From contig OZ024764.1 in the NCBI GenBank assembly GCA_964016885.1, positions 11,098,001-11,162,000 of the forward strand: a stretch of DNA of 64,000 nucleotides, given 5' to 3'. A program made the position numbers and the translations under genes. The notes beneath the pieces are model-generated. The model worked only from the letters and a program-made list of their open reading frames with translations. It had not been told where the DNA came from and ran no database searches. Below, piece after piece: positions 34,857 to 49,277 of this stretch. Numbering within the stretch: the stretch's first letter is position 1; each line of letters opens with the position of its first letter. This stretch comes from Eledone cirrhosa (lineage: Eukaryota).

Positions 34857-35175
34857 CACACACACACACACACATGTTATCAATGGTGAAAAAAAGGTCT
34901 ATAAAGTTGAACAATGCTTATAAATTAATTTATCTCAAATGACTTTTAGAAATAGGGGGCAAAGCAAGTTTCAAGGGGGGGGGGGGGGCAAAACAAATTT
35001 CAGGGGGAGGGGGCTCATAAGGCTAAATAAAATGGCAGAATACGTTGGCTGTTGACAGGCGCATGTTGGAGGTGAGTCAAAGTTCTTAATTTATGATTAT
35101 ACGCAAAACGTCACAGTCTTTTCTCAAACGTCATTTTGACGTTTTGCGTGGCAATTTGAGTATGGACGTCGCCCC
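34637..35175. mobile_element. PIF/Harbinger-type MITE, second copy in tandem duplication
   Basis: Same TIRs, TSD and flanks; differs in (CA)n and poly-G length. Confidence 0.85.
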
Positions 35176-35959
35176 TAAAGTGGTCGTGTTGGTGACACAA
35201 CAAAAAGTGCCCAGTCCACTCGGTAAAGTGGTTGTGTTGGTGACAATAAAAAGCACCTGGTCCACTCTGCAAAGTGGTCGTGTTGGTGACACAATAAAAA
35301 GCACTCGGTCCACTCTGTAAAATGGTTTTGATGGTGACATGACAAAAAGCACCTGGTCCACTCTGTAAAGTAGTTGTGATGGTGACAATAAAAAAGCACC
35401 TGGTCCACTCTGTAAAGTGGTCGTGTTGGTGACACAACAAAAAGTGCTCAGTCCAACATGTAAAATGGTTGTGATGGTGACATGACAAAAAACACCCAGT
35501 CCACTCTGTAAAGTGGTCGTGATAGTGACATGACAAAAAGCACCCTGTCCACTCTGTAAAGTGGTCGTGATAGTGACATGACAAAAAGCACCCAGTCCAC
35601 TCTGTAAAGTGGTCGTGATAGTGACATGACAAAAAGCACTCTGTCCACTCTGTAAAATGGTCGTGATAGTGACATGATAAAAAGCACCCAGTCCACTCTG
35701 TAAAGTGGCTGTTAGCCTAGAATACAGACATATAAATATATGGTGGAGTGTATTACAATTGAAATATTTAAATTTACATTGTAGTTATTGTAAAATGCAC
35801 TTTCTACCAAAACTACAACTACATCTGCTGCTACTACTACTAATACTACTACTACTACTATTACTACTACTACTAATACTAAAGTGACATCTCCCAAAGA
35901 TACACTTCATTAAACACCAGTATGATATGGAGTAGAGAGATGCAAATTTTTACCATCTC

Positions 35960-38698
<2,739 letters not shown>

Positions 38699-38827
38699 CC
38701 CAGAAAGAGAGAAGAGAAATAAAATGTATGTAATGAGGTAGAAAGTAAGCTACAAGAATGATTGATAACTCTGTCAAACACTGGCATGGCCATACCATTA
38801 CATTGGCTACCTCCCTGGGGCCACAAT

Positions 38828-40990
38828 GGGGTGGTGGTGGTGGTGGTGGTGATGTAGTGGTGTGTTGGTGGTGGTGTCGTTTATGGTCGTGGTGATGTAG
38901 TGGTGTGTTGGTGGTGGTGTTTGTGAAGTTGGTGGTGGTGATGTAGTGGTGTGTTGGTGTGTTGGTGGTGGAGGTGGTGATGTAGTGGTGTGTTGGTGGT
39001 GGTGGTGGAGGTGGTGTGTTGGTGTTGGTGGTGGTGTTTGTGAAGTTGGTGGTGGTGATGTAGTGGTGTGTTGGTGGTGGAGGTGGTGATGTAGTGGTGT
39101 GTTGGTGGTGATGTAGTGGTGTGTTGGTGGTGGTGTTTGTGAAGTTGGTGGTGGTGATGTAGTGGTGTGTTGGTGTGTTGGTGGTGGAGGTGGTGATGTA
39201 GTGGTGTGTTGGTGGTGGTGTTGGTGGAGGTGGTGATGTAGTGGTGTGTTGGTGGTGGTGGAGGTGGTGATGTAGTGGTGTGTTGGTGGTGGTGGTGATG
39301 TAGTGGTGTGTTGGTGGTGGAGGTGGTGATGTAGTGGTGTGTTGGTGGTGGTGGTGATGTAGTGGTGGTGGTGATGTAGTGGTGTGTTGGTGGTGTTTGT
39401 GAAGTTGGCGCTGGTGATGTAGTGGTGTGTTGGTGTTGGTGGAGGTGGTGATGTAGTGGTGTGTTGGTGTTGGTGTAGGTGGTGATGTAGTGGTGTGTTG
39501 GTGTTGGTGGAGTTGGTGATGTAGTGGTGTGTTGGTGGTGGTGAAGTTGGTGGTGATGTAGTGGTGTGTTGGTGGTGGTGATGTAGTGGTGGTGTTGGTG
39601 GTGATGTAGTGGTGTGGTGGTGTTTGTGAAGTTGGCGGTGGTGATGTAGTGGTGTGTTGGTGTTGGTGGAGGTGGTGATGTAGTGGTGTGTTGGTGTTGG
39701 TGTAGGTGGTGATGTAGTGGTGTGTTGGTGGTGGTGGAGTTGTTGATGTAGTGGCGGTGTTGTGGTGTGTTGGTGGTGTTGGTGATGTAGTGGTGGTGTT
39801 GTTGGTGGTGATGTAGTGGTGGTGATGTAGTGGTGGTGGTGTTGGTGGTGATGTAGTGGTGTGTTGGTGGTGTTTTTGAAGTTAGCTGTGGTGGAGGTGG
39901 TGATGTAGTGGTGTTGGTGGTGGTGGAGTTGGTGATGTAGTGGTGGTGTTGTTGTTGGTGGTGGTGATGTAGTGGTGTGTTGGTGGTTGTGGAGTTGATG
40001 TAGTGGTGGTGTTTGTGTTGGTGGTGGTGATGTAGTGGTGTGTTGGTGTTGGTGGAGTTGGTGATGTAGTGGTGTGTTGCTGGTGTTGGTGGTGATGTGG
40101 TGTGTTGGTGGTGGTGTTTGTGAAGTCGGTGGTGATGTGGTGTGTTGGTGGTGGTGGTGATGTAGTGGTGTGTTGGTGGTGGTGGAGGTGGTGATGTAGT
40201 GGTGTGTTGGAGGTGGTGATGTAGTGGTGTGTTGGTGTTGGTGGTGATGTAGTGGTGTGTTGGTGGAGGTGGTGTTGTGTTGGTGGTGGTATTTGTGAAG
40301 TTGTTGGTGTTGTGAAGTTGTTTGTGGAGGTGGTGTAATAGTGGTGTGTTGGTGTTGGTGGTGGTAGTGGTCTTGTTTGTGGTAGTGGTGTAGTAGTGGT
40401 GTTGTTTGTGGAGGTGATGTAGTGGTGTTGTTTGTGGAGGTGGTGTAGTACTGATGTGTTGGTAGTGGTGTAGTGGTGTTGTTTGTGGAGGTGATGTAGT
40501 GGTGTTGTTTGTAGAGGTGGTGTAGTAGTGATGTGTTGGTAGTGGTGTTGTTTGTGGAGGTGATGTAGTGTTGTTGTTTGTGGAGGTGGTGTAGTACTGA
40601 TGTGTTGGTAGTGGTGTAGTGGTGTTGTTTGTGGAGGTGATGTAGTGGTGTTGTTTGTGGTGTTGGTGATGTAGTGTGGTGGTGGTAGTGGTGTAGTGGT
40701 GTTGTTTGTGGAGGTGGTGTAGTGGTGTGTTGGTGAGGTTGATGGTGTTGTTGGTGTTGTTTGTGGAGCTGGTGTTTGCAAAGTTGTTGGTAGTGGTGTT
40801 GGTGTCATTTGTGGAGGTGGTGTAATGTTGTTTGTGGTGGTGGTGATATAGTGGTGTGTTGGTCTTGGTGAGGTTGATGATGTTGGTGGTGGTGTTATTG
40901 GTGGTAGTGGTAGTGGTGTAGTTTATTACAGCAGTGCTGGTGGTGTTGGCAATGGTGTTAGTTGTGTATCTGTTGTTGGGGAGGTGGTGC
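38828..40990. repeat. (GGT)n-derived compound satellite
   Basis: Repeats of GGTGATGTAGTGGTGTGTTGGT. Confidence 0.92.
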
Positions 40991-41008
40991 TGGTATTATA
41001 TATTCCAA

Positions 41009-41200
41009 GGCGGTGGATTGGCAGAATCGGTAGAGAGTCGGATGGCTTGCTTTGACGCATAGAGTTACGGCCCTTTCCATTCTGAGTTCAAATCCCGCCG
41101 AGGTTAACTTTGCCTTTCATCCTTACGAGGTCAATAAAATAAAGTACCAGTAATACACTGGGATAATTGCTGGCCTTGTGTCAAAAGTAGAAACAATTAT
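41009..41200 (+). mobile_element. SINE family B
   Basis: Family head, B-box and body. Confidence 0.82.
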
Positions 41201-41596
41201 ATATTACATGCTAGATACACTATATATATGTGGCTGCGTGGTAAAGGAGTTTACTCTGCAATCATGTGGAATCAGGTTCTGCTTCATTCAGTGACACTTT
41301 GGGCAAATATCTTCTAGTAAAGTCTAACCCTAACTCTTCTGAGTTAGATGAGTTGTCCTGTTGTGAGACAAGCCAGATCGGATTATCATGTCTTGCTCGT
41401 ACAGAATTAATTTTGGCTTGGTTTCTACGTTTGGATGCCCTTCCTAACATCAGCCACTTTACAGTGTGGTCTTTGTGCTTTTTGTCATGACACCTACACA
41501 ACCACTGTACATTGTAGACTGGGCGCTGTTTGTCGTGTCACCAAAATGACCACCTTGTGCCTATAGTAGAAATCATTATTATATATATTTATATAT

Positions 41597-41790
41597 ATAG
41601 GAAAATGTTTGACCCCGGCGGCAGAGATCAAGCCGTTTCAACGGCTATTTCCGTCCAGAAATAGCCGTCGAAACGGCTTGAGCTTTGCTGTCGGGGGTCA
41701 AACATTTTCCTATTACCCACTCTACTACCCTAAGTATTGAGTACTCTGGTGCGTTATGGTCCATCTGGTTCCTTACCACACTTCCTTCGT

Positions 41791-41791
<1 letters not shown>
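41597..41791 (+). mobile_element. Fold-back half-hammerhead element, copy 5
   Basis: Inverted arms ATAGGAAAATGTTTGACCCC.../...GGGGTCAAACATTTTCCTAT; family tail; TA-repeat flanks. Confidence 0.83.
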
Positions 41792-41823
<32 letters not shown>

Positions 41824-41907
41824 AGTAAGGTTGCTGGGTGCGTCCATAGCTGATATGCCGGTTGAGCACTCTATGCTTCTCCAGAGCAGAGTATGATAAT
41901 ATGGATA

Positions 41908-42066
41908 AGGAAGAATCAGTGATGCATTGGAACACAATTTATTACGTATTTCTAAATTTATCAGAGTCAGGTTCGATCCACAAATAGATCACACCTCGAG
42001 CTGTTCACCAGAGAAACAATTGCAATACGTAATAAATTGTGTTCCGATACATCACTGACTTCTTCG
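41908..42066. mobile_element. Short inverted-repeat element related to the 30007-30395 family
   Basis: ~40-bp inverted arms containing AATAAA; interior AGAGTCAGGTT..GATC..CCTCGAGCTG..GAAACAATTG; no CTGANGA. Confidence 0.55.
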
Positions 42067-42079
42067 TTTTTCCATCCTC

Positions 42080-42957
42080 ATCATCATCATCATCATTTTA
42101 CGTCCGCTTTTCCCTGCTTGCAAGGGTGGGACGGGTCTTATTCAGCACAGCATCTCTCCACTCGTCACGGTCCTTCGTCATCTCCACCGTGAGCTTCAAT
42201 GATCTGAGGTCTGTTCTCACCACCTCCGCCATGTTTTTCGTGGTCTACCTCTACCACGTCTTCCTTCAACTAGCAATTGCTGGCACTTCTTCACCCATCG
42301 GTCATCCTCCATGCGCATCACATGTCCATACCACCTCAGTCTCTTCTCCCGTACACTACATTCTATCCCTCTCAGACACAGTTTCTCTCTCAACACATTT
42401 ATGCTGGGTCGTTCACGCACATTTACACTGCACATCCAACGGAGCATGCTTGCCTCATTTCTCTCCAGCTGTCGCATATCCTCTGCAGTTGCTGCCCATG
42501 TCTCACTACCATGCAGCATCGCGCTCCTCACACAGGCATCATACTACTGGCCTTTCGTACGCAGGGAGAAACCCTTCTTCGTCAACAGAGGAAGCAGCTC
42601 CCTAAACTTCTTCCAACCCGTCCTTATTCTAGATACTATGGCTTCGGAACACCCTCCTCCCATGCTAATCTGATCTCCTAGGTACCGGAAGCTATCCACC
42701 ACTTCTATAGCGCCCTCTTGCATTTGTAAAATGTGTCTATCAATGCGACTTCTACTGTCAACTTTCCCTGTACATGTACTGCATACATATTTCTCCCTAC
42801 CTGTTAGTTTGCCTGCTATCCTGCTACATCTCTTGTGTACCCAGGATCTGCATTGTGTGCATTTTATAGAATTTATGCCAGTTCCTTTTCTGCATATCGA
42901 ACATGGCCATTTCCCTGACGGAATCAGGGTTTTGTCCTCTTTTCTACTCGTCAACAC
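42080..42957 (-). mobile_element. RTE family 1 3' portion with PHD finger
   Basis: WPCSIC..CTQC..HKRC..CSTC, VDSFRYLGD, GSETWA, RLRWYGHVMRME, (GAT)n tail; 5'-truncated at (TA)n. Confidence 0.9.
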
Positions 42958-42966
42958 TTTTTATAT

Positions 42967-43045
<79 letters not shown>

Positions 43046-43111
43046 TACATATATTTAGACTTTGTATTTCTTTTGCAAGATTTCTTATCTGAAAATGTGT
43101 GTTGAAACAGA

Positions 43112-43290
43112 TATTGTTATACTTTGGTAGGGTCATGCTGCCAATGAAAACACACACACCTGTTGGTTTTCACTTCAATTTAGTATAAACAACCAGCCGG
43201 TTATTAAACTAACCAACTGGAAATTTATAAATTGCAGTGAAAACCAACAAGTACATGTGTTTTTATAGGCACCATGACCCTACCAAAGTA
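43112..43290. repeat. Inverted-repeat element; one arm recurs at 59001-59105
   Basis: TACTTTGGTAGGGTCATG..TGTTGGTTTTCACT / AGTGAAAACCAACA..CATGACCCTACCAAAGTA. Confidence 0.65.
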
Positions 43291-43358
43291 CCCCCTCGTT
43301 ATCGAGTATGGCCATTGTACGATGGTGAATTGGCAGTATCGGTAGAGGGTCGGACATG

Positions 43359-43558
43359 NNNNNNNNNNNNNNNNNNNNNNNNNNNNNNNNNNNNNNNNNN
43401 NNNNNNNNNNNNNNNNNNNNNNNNNNNNNNNNNNNNNNNNNNNNNNNNNNNNNNNNNNNNNNNNNNNNNNNNNNNNNNNNNNNNNNNNNNNNNNNNNNNN
43501 NNNNNNNNNNNNNNNNNNNNNNNNNNNNNNNNNNNNNNNNNNNNNNNNNNNNNNNNNN
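43359..43558. other. Assembly gap (200 N)
   Basis: Run of n; interrupts a SINE B head. Confidence 1.
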
Positions 43559-43635
43559 AAGAAAAAGAAAAGATATGGAAGAAAAAAGACAAGAAGGAGC
43601 AGAAGACATTACAAGGAGACATACACACTTGAGTC

Positions 43636-43706
<71 letters not shown>

Positions 43707-43708
<2 letters not shown>

Positions 43709-43825
43709 CGAAGGAAATGTGGTAAGGAACCAGATGGACCATAACGCACCAAAGTACTCAATACTCAGTCCAGAATTAGCCGTCGAAACGGTTTGAGCTC
43801 AGCCGTCGGGGTCTTACTTGTTCCT
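43707..43825. mobile_element. Half-hammerhead element, copy 6 (inverted tail joined to forward 3' half)
   Basis: Reverse-complemented tail 43707-43766, then CAGTCCAGAATTAGCCGTCGAAACGGTTTGAGCTCAGCCGTCGGGGTC. Confidence 0.8.
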
Positions 43826-44049
43826 ATATATATGTATCATCATCATCATCATCGTTTAACGTCCATATTCCACGCTTGCATGGGTTTGGACGGGAGTTTT
43901 CCCACTTGAGGCAAGAGTGGTTGTCTTGCTCGCATAGGACTGTCTGGCGGGTTTTCTACGCCTGGATATATATATATATATATATATATAACTTACAGAC
44001 CCCTGCAAGTGGAATTTGTCGATTTCAGATTTACAGAAACCTAGCGGAA

Positions 44050-46032
44050 ATGTTGCATGTGATGTGTATTGTATGGTACACATTATGTGTTGCATGTGAT
44101 GTGTATTGTATGGTACACATTGTGTTGCATGTGATGTGTATTGTATGGTACACATTGTGTTGCATGTGATGTGTATTGTATGGTACACATTATGTGTTGC
44201 ATGTGATGTGTATTGTATGGTACACATTATGTGTTGCATGTGATGTGTATTGTATGGTACACATTGTGTTGCATGTGATGTGTATTGTATGGTACACATT
44301 GTGTTGCATGTGATGTGTATTGTATGGTACACATTATGTGTTGCATGTGATGTGTATTGTATGGTACACATTATGTGTTGCATGTGATGTGTATTGTATG
44401 GTACACATTGTGTTGCATGTGATGTGTATTGTATGGTACACATTGTGTTGCATGTGATGTGTATTGTATGGTACACATTGTGTGTTGCATGTGATGTGTA
44501 TTGTATGGTACACATTATGTGTTGCATGTGATGTGTATTGTATGGTACACATTGTGTTGCATGTGATGTGTATTGTATGGTACACATTGTGTTGCATGTG
44601 ATGTGTATTGTATGGTACACATTATGTGTTGCATGTGATGTGTATTGTATGGTACACATTATGTGTTGCATGTGATGTGTATTGTATGGTACACATTATG
44701 TGTTGCATGTGATGTGTATTGTATGGTACACATTGTGTTGCATGTGATGTGTATTGTATGGTACACATGTGTTGCATGTGATGTGTATTGTATGGTACAC
44801 ATTGTGTGTTGCATGTGATGCGTATTGTATGGTACACATTATGTGTTGCATGTGATGTGTATTGTATGGTACACATTGTGTTGCATGTGATGTGTATTGT
44901 ATGGTACACATTGTGTTGCATGTGATGTGTATTGTATGGTACACATTATGTGTTGCATGTGATGTGTATTGTATGGTGGTACACATGTGTTGCATGTGAT
45001 GTGTATTGTATGGTGGTACACATTATGTGTTGCATGTGATGTGTATTGTATGGTACACATTATGTGTTGCATGTGATGTGTATTGTATGGTACACATTAT
45101 GTGTTGCATGTGATGTGTATTGTATGGTACACATTATGTGTTGCATGTGATGTGTATTGTATGATACACATTGTGTGTTGCATGTGATGTGTATTGTATG
45201 GTACACATTATGTGTTGCATGTGATGTGTATTGTATGGTACACATTATGTGTTGCATGTGATGTGTATTGTATGGTGGTACACATTATGTGTTGCATGTG
45301 ATGTGTATTGTATGGTGGTACACATTATGTGTTGCATGTGATGTGTATTGTATGGTACACATTGTGTTGCATGTGATGTGTATTGTATGATACACATTGT
45401 GTGTTGCATGTGATGTGTATTGTATGGTACACATTGTGTTGCATGTGATGTGTATTGTATGGTACACATTATGTGTTGCATGTGATGTGTATTGTATGGT
45501 ACACATTATGTGTTGCATGTGATGTGTATTGTATGGTACACATTGTGTGTTGCATGTGATGTGTATTGTATGGTACACATTATGTGTTGCATGTGATGTG
45601 TATTGTATGGTACACATTGTGTTGCATGTGATGTGTATTGTATGGTACACATTATGTGTTGCATGTGATGTGTATTGTATGGTACACATTATGTGTTGCA
45701 TGTGATGTGTATTGTATGGTACACATTGTGTTGCATGTGATGTGTATTGTATGGTACACATTATGTGTTGCATGTGATGTGTATTGTATGGTACACATTG
45801 TGTTGCATGTGATGTGTATTGTATGGTACACATTATGTGTTGCATGTGATGTGTATTGTATGGTACACATTGTGTGTTGCATGTGATGTGTATTGTATGG
45901 TACACATTATGTGTTGCATGTGATGTGTATTGTATGGTACACATTATGTGTTGCATGTGATGTGTATTGTATGGTACACATTATGTGTTGCATGTGATGT
46001 GTATTGTATGGTACACATTATGTGTTGCATGT
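44050..46032. repeat. 35/37-bp minisatellite (about 54 units)
   Basis: Unit (AT)GTGTTGCATGTGATGTGTATTGTATGGTACACATT. Confidence 0.95.
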
Positions 46033-46271
46033 AACATTTAACGCGACGGTCCAGGTCAGTCAAAAATTTTTCCTGAGTTCAGTTTTTTTCGTCGCTATGG
46101 TCACTGCGGCCCGTCTATCGGTCGCTGTATTTGATTTGCAAATCTGTCTAATCGTAATGTTATAACTCTGGGGTAAAATTCTCCATTGAGTGCTTAGCTG
46201 CACACCGAAACTGCATTCGTTAGCTTGGCTGCAACCTAAAGCTTTGCTGTACTAAAATTTGTATATATATA

Positions 46272-46821
46272 TGCTGTGTGCAGGAGAGGCGGTTGCGCTG
46301 GTATGGACATGTGAGGCGTATGAAGGATGACAGCTGCATAAAAAGGTGCAGAGCACTATAAGTTGATGGAAACCGCGGAGTGGGGAGACCCAAGATGACC
46401 TGGGATGAGGTGATAAAAGCCGACCTTACCCAACTACACCTCTCAAAGTCAATGACACACGACCGTGACTTCTGGCGTCACGCAGTAATACAGAGTACCC
46501 GACCTCCCATGGGTACATGCTGAAGCATATAAACAATATGCCCCCACACCCCCCACCGCAAGGTAGTCGTGGAGGTGCCACGGCAAAAAAGCACCCAGCC
46601 CACACTGTAAAGTGGACGTGTAGGCGCCACGGAAAAGCACCCAGCACTCACTGTAAATGAGGTTGGTGTTAGGAAGGGCATCCAGCTCTAGAAATCAAGC
46701 CAAATCAGTTCCTGTATGAGCAAGGCATGGTCAGCCGACCAGACACTGCACACAACAGGACAACCCGTCTAACCCATGCTAGCGTGGAAGAACGGACGTA
46801 AAACGGTGATGATGATGATGA

Positions 46822-46823
<2 letters not shown>
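46272..46823 (+). mobile_element. RTE family 2 3' end
   Basis: RRLRWYGHVRRMKDDSCIKRC..; near-identical to 13910-14430; TA repeats both sides. Confidence 0.87.
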
Positions 46824-46860
<37 letters not shown>

Positions 46861-46994
46861 AATGGAGTAATTCTGTTGGAAATGTCCAGGAAAAAAGAGT
46901 GCTCTATGTAGGTAACAGAGCTTAATAGTTATGTAATAAACAACATAAGGCAATTATTTTATTTACCAGTGGTTTCTTAAAAGCAACAGGATTT

Positions 46995-47055
46995 TTTCAT
47001 TCTGATGATTGAAAGCAACATTTTTTTGCTTTTAAGAAACCACTGGTAAATGAAA
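46995..47055 (+). ncRNA. Complete type I hammerhead ribozyme within an inverted repeat (46926-47087)
   Basis: Stem I TTTCATT/AATGAAA; CTGATGA 47002-47008; stem II TTGAAAGCAA/TTGCTTTTAA; GAAA 47036-47039; stem III ACCA-C-TGGT; GTA triplet, predicted cut after 47048. Confidence 0.8.
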
Positions 47056-47156
47056 TAATTGCCTTATGTTGTTTATTACATAACTAAATATATATATATA
47101 TATATATATATAAAGTTAAATAAAAGTAAAATGATTAAAATTTAGCTTCGTTTATT

Positions 47157-47211
47157 ACTGCTATATATATTTCAGTGACAGCCATCTTTGGCTGTGACCT
47201 CTTCAGGCAGT
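47157..47211 (-). ncRNA. Type I hammerhead ribozyme
   Basis: Minus: ACTGC-CTGAAGA-GGTCACAGCC-AAAGAT-GGCTGTCACT-GAAA-TATATA-TA-GCAGT, then AATAAA and a T-rich end at (TA)n. Confidence 0.72.
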
Positions 47212-47573
47212 TTGAATTAGTATGGTATAGACAAGTACATATATTGTTTAGGTGTATGATATTGTCAATACTCTGATATGCCCAGTTCCTTGTTGGGTTG
47301 TTAATTCACTGGGGAACTGGAGTCATATGAATTAAACAAACGAATTTCAGTGTCACAGGTCCCCTTCTCCTCTCATTGGTCAGTTATTAGAACATTCCTC
47401 ATTCTAAGTGTTGTTATTGTTGGAGTTAGCTTAAGAATTGATAAAATGGTAGAAGGGACAAGGTGTTAAAGGAACAAAATAACAAAATAACAAAAAAAGT
47501 GTCAAACTTCCCATTGTTCAGTTCTGAGAGCATTCCTCAGTCAGAAGTCTATAGAACCAACATAAACTCAAAA

Positions 47574-47636
<63 letters not shown>

Positions 47637-47679
47637 GGTCGTCAAGTATGAAATTTGTAGAAATTATATATATATATCC

Positions 47680-48670
47680 GTGGTGGTACGTGGCCTAGTG
47701 GTAAGGCTGTTGGACTTAGGATCATAATGCTGTCGGTTCGATCCCTGGGTTCTGTGTTGTGTTCTTGAGCAAAACACTTCATTTCATGTTGCTCCAGTAT
47801 ACTCAACTGAAAATAAGTACCAGTAATAGCTGGGGGTTTAACCCTGCAATGGACTGGCGTCCTGTCCAGTGGGGGAGTCTTGTACTCTCTGTCGCTTCAC
47901 GCCATGAACCTGGGATAAGTACCAGCAATAGCTGGAGGTTTAACCCTGCGATGGACTGGCGTCCTGTCCAGGGGGAAGTCTTGTACTCTTAGTCGCTTCA
48001 CGCCATGAAGCCGGGATAAGTACCAGTAATAGCTGGGGGTTTAACCCTGCGATGGACTGGCGTCCTGTCCAGTGGGGGAGTCTTGTACTCTCAGTCGCTT
48101 CACGCCATGAAGCCGGGATAAGTACCAGCAATAGGTGGGGGTTTAACCCTGCGATGGACTGGCGTCCTGTCCAGTGGGGGAGTCTTGTACTCTTAGTTGC
48201 TTCATGTCATGAAGCCGGGATAAGTACCAGCAATAGCTGGAGGTTTAACCCTGCGATGGACTGGTGTCCTGTCCAGGGGGAAGTCTTGTACTCTTAGTCG
48301 CTTCACGCCATGAAGCCGGGATAAGTACCAGCAATAGGTGGGGGTTTAACCCTGCAATGGACTGGCGTCCTGTCCAGTGGGGGAGTCTTGTACTCTCAGT
48401 CGCTTCACGCCATGAACCTGGGATAAGTACCAGCAATAGCTGGAGGTTTAACCCTGCGATGGACTGGTGTCCTGTCCAGGGGGAAGTCTTGTACTCTCAG
48501 TCGCTTCACGCCATGAAGCCGGGATAATTACCAGCAGTAGCTGGGGGTTTAACCCTGCAATGGACTGGCGTCCTGTCCAGTGGGGGAGTCTTGTACTGTC
48601 GCTTCACGCCATGAAACCAGGATAAGCACCGGCCAAATGAGCCTCCTGGCTTAAGACAGACTTTAGACTT
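47680..48670 (+). mobile_element. tRNA-derived SINE family C with 8 tandem 101-102-bp internal units
   Basis: A-box TGGCCTAGTGG, B-box GGTTCGATCCC; unit AACCCTGCGATGGACTGGCGTCCTGTCCAG..GTCGCTTCACGCCATGAAGCCGGGATAAGTACCAG; single-unit copy at 58752-58970. Confidence 0.85.
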
Positions 48671-48684
48671 TTAGATATATGTAT

Positions 48685-49192
48685 CCGTGGAGCACATGTG
48701 CTTCAGAAGGTTGCTACACATCCTGAACACGGCACAAGGGCTTCAGAAGGTTGCTACACATCCTGTACACAGAGCACAAGGGCTTCAGAAGGTTGCTACA
48801 CATCCTGTACACAGCACAAGTGCTTCAGAAGGTTGCTACACATCCCATGCATACATGGAGCACAACACAAACAGCTTTGTCAGGAAGGAAGTTAACACAT
48901 ATGCTGGCAGACAAGAACCAATACTTGCGATGATGAAAATAAGGAAGCTTGCCCTGTATGGTCATATACTCCTTGTCCCCCCAAAAAACCACCCTTGAGG
49001 GCACAGTCAAGAGAAGATGAAGAAGAGGCTGACAAAGAAAATCCTGGTCTGACAACATCAAAGACTTGACTGGTGAGACCCTTCTTACGCATGATGGAAA
49101 ATAGAGACCATGACGACAACTAACTGCAGAAATATCTAGACTGGTACCCCAATTACTGGCTGCACCAGTTGTGGGAACATGATGATGATGAT
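48685..49192 (+). mobile_element. Decayed RTE 3' fragment with internal ~39-bp tandem repeat
   Basis: EHKCFRRLLHI repeated four times, RKLALYGHI, (GAT)n tail. Confidence 0.68.
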
Positions 49193-49277
49193 ATTGTCAT
49201 ACAGGGTGTCTAGGGCACTTTTAAACCTGGCAGAACTCAACCCTCTCCAGGACTGAACACAGCCGATTTTTTTCTAT

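Larger units (their letters stand above)
32650..35708. repeat. 41-43-bp minisatellite array with two embedded MITEs
   Basis: Unit CACTCTGTAAAGTGGTCGTGTTGGTGACAATAAAAAGCACCTGATC-type; related array at 61610-61850. Confidence 0.88.

Noticed and set aside
32650-35708. CRISPR-like periodic array
   Set aside because: Units are contiguous variants without unique spacers; no cas genes; eukaryotic context. The same applies to 44050-46032 and 49278-49900.
43237-43796. ORFs spanning the N run
   Set aside because: Artefacts of the assembly gap.
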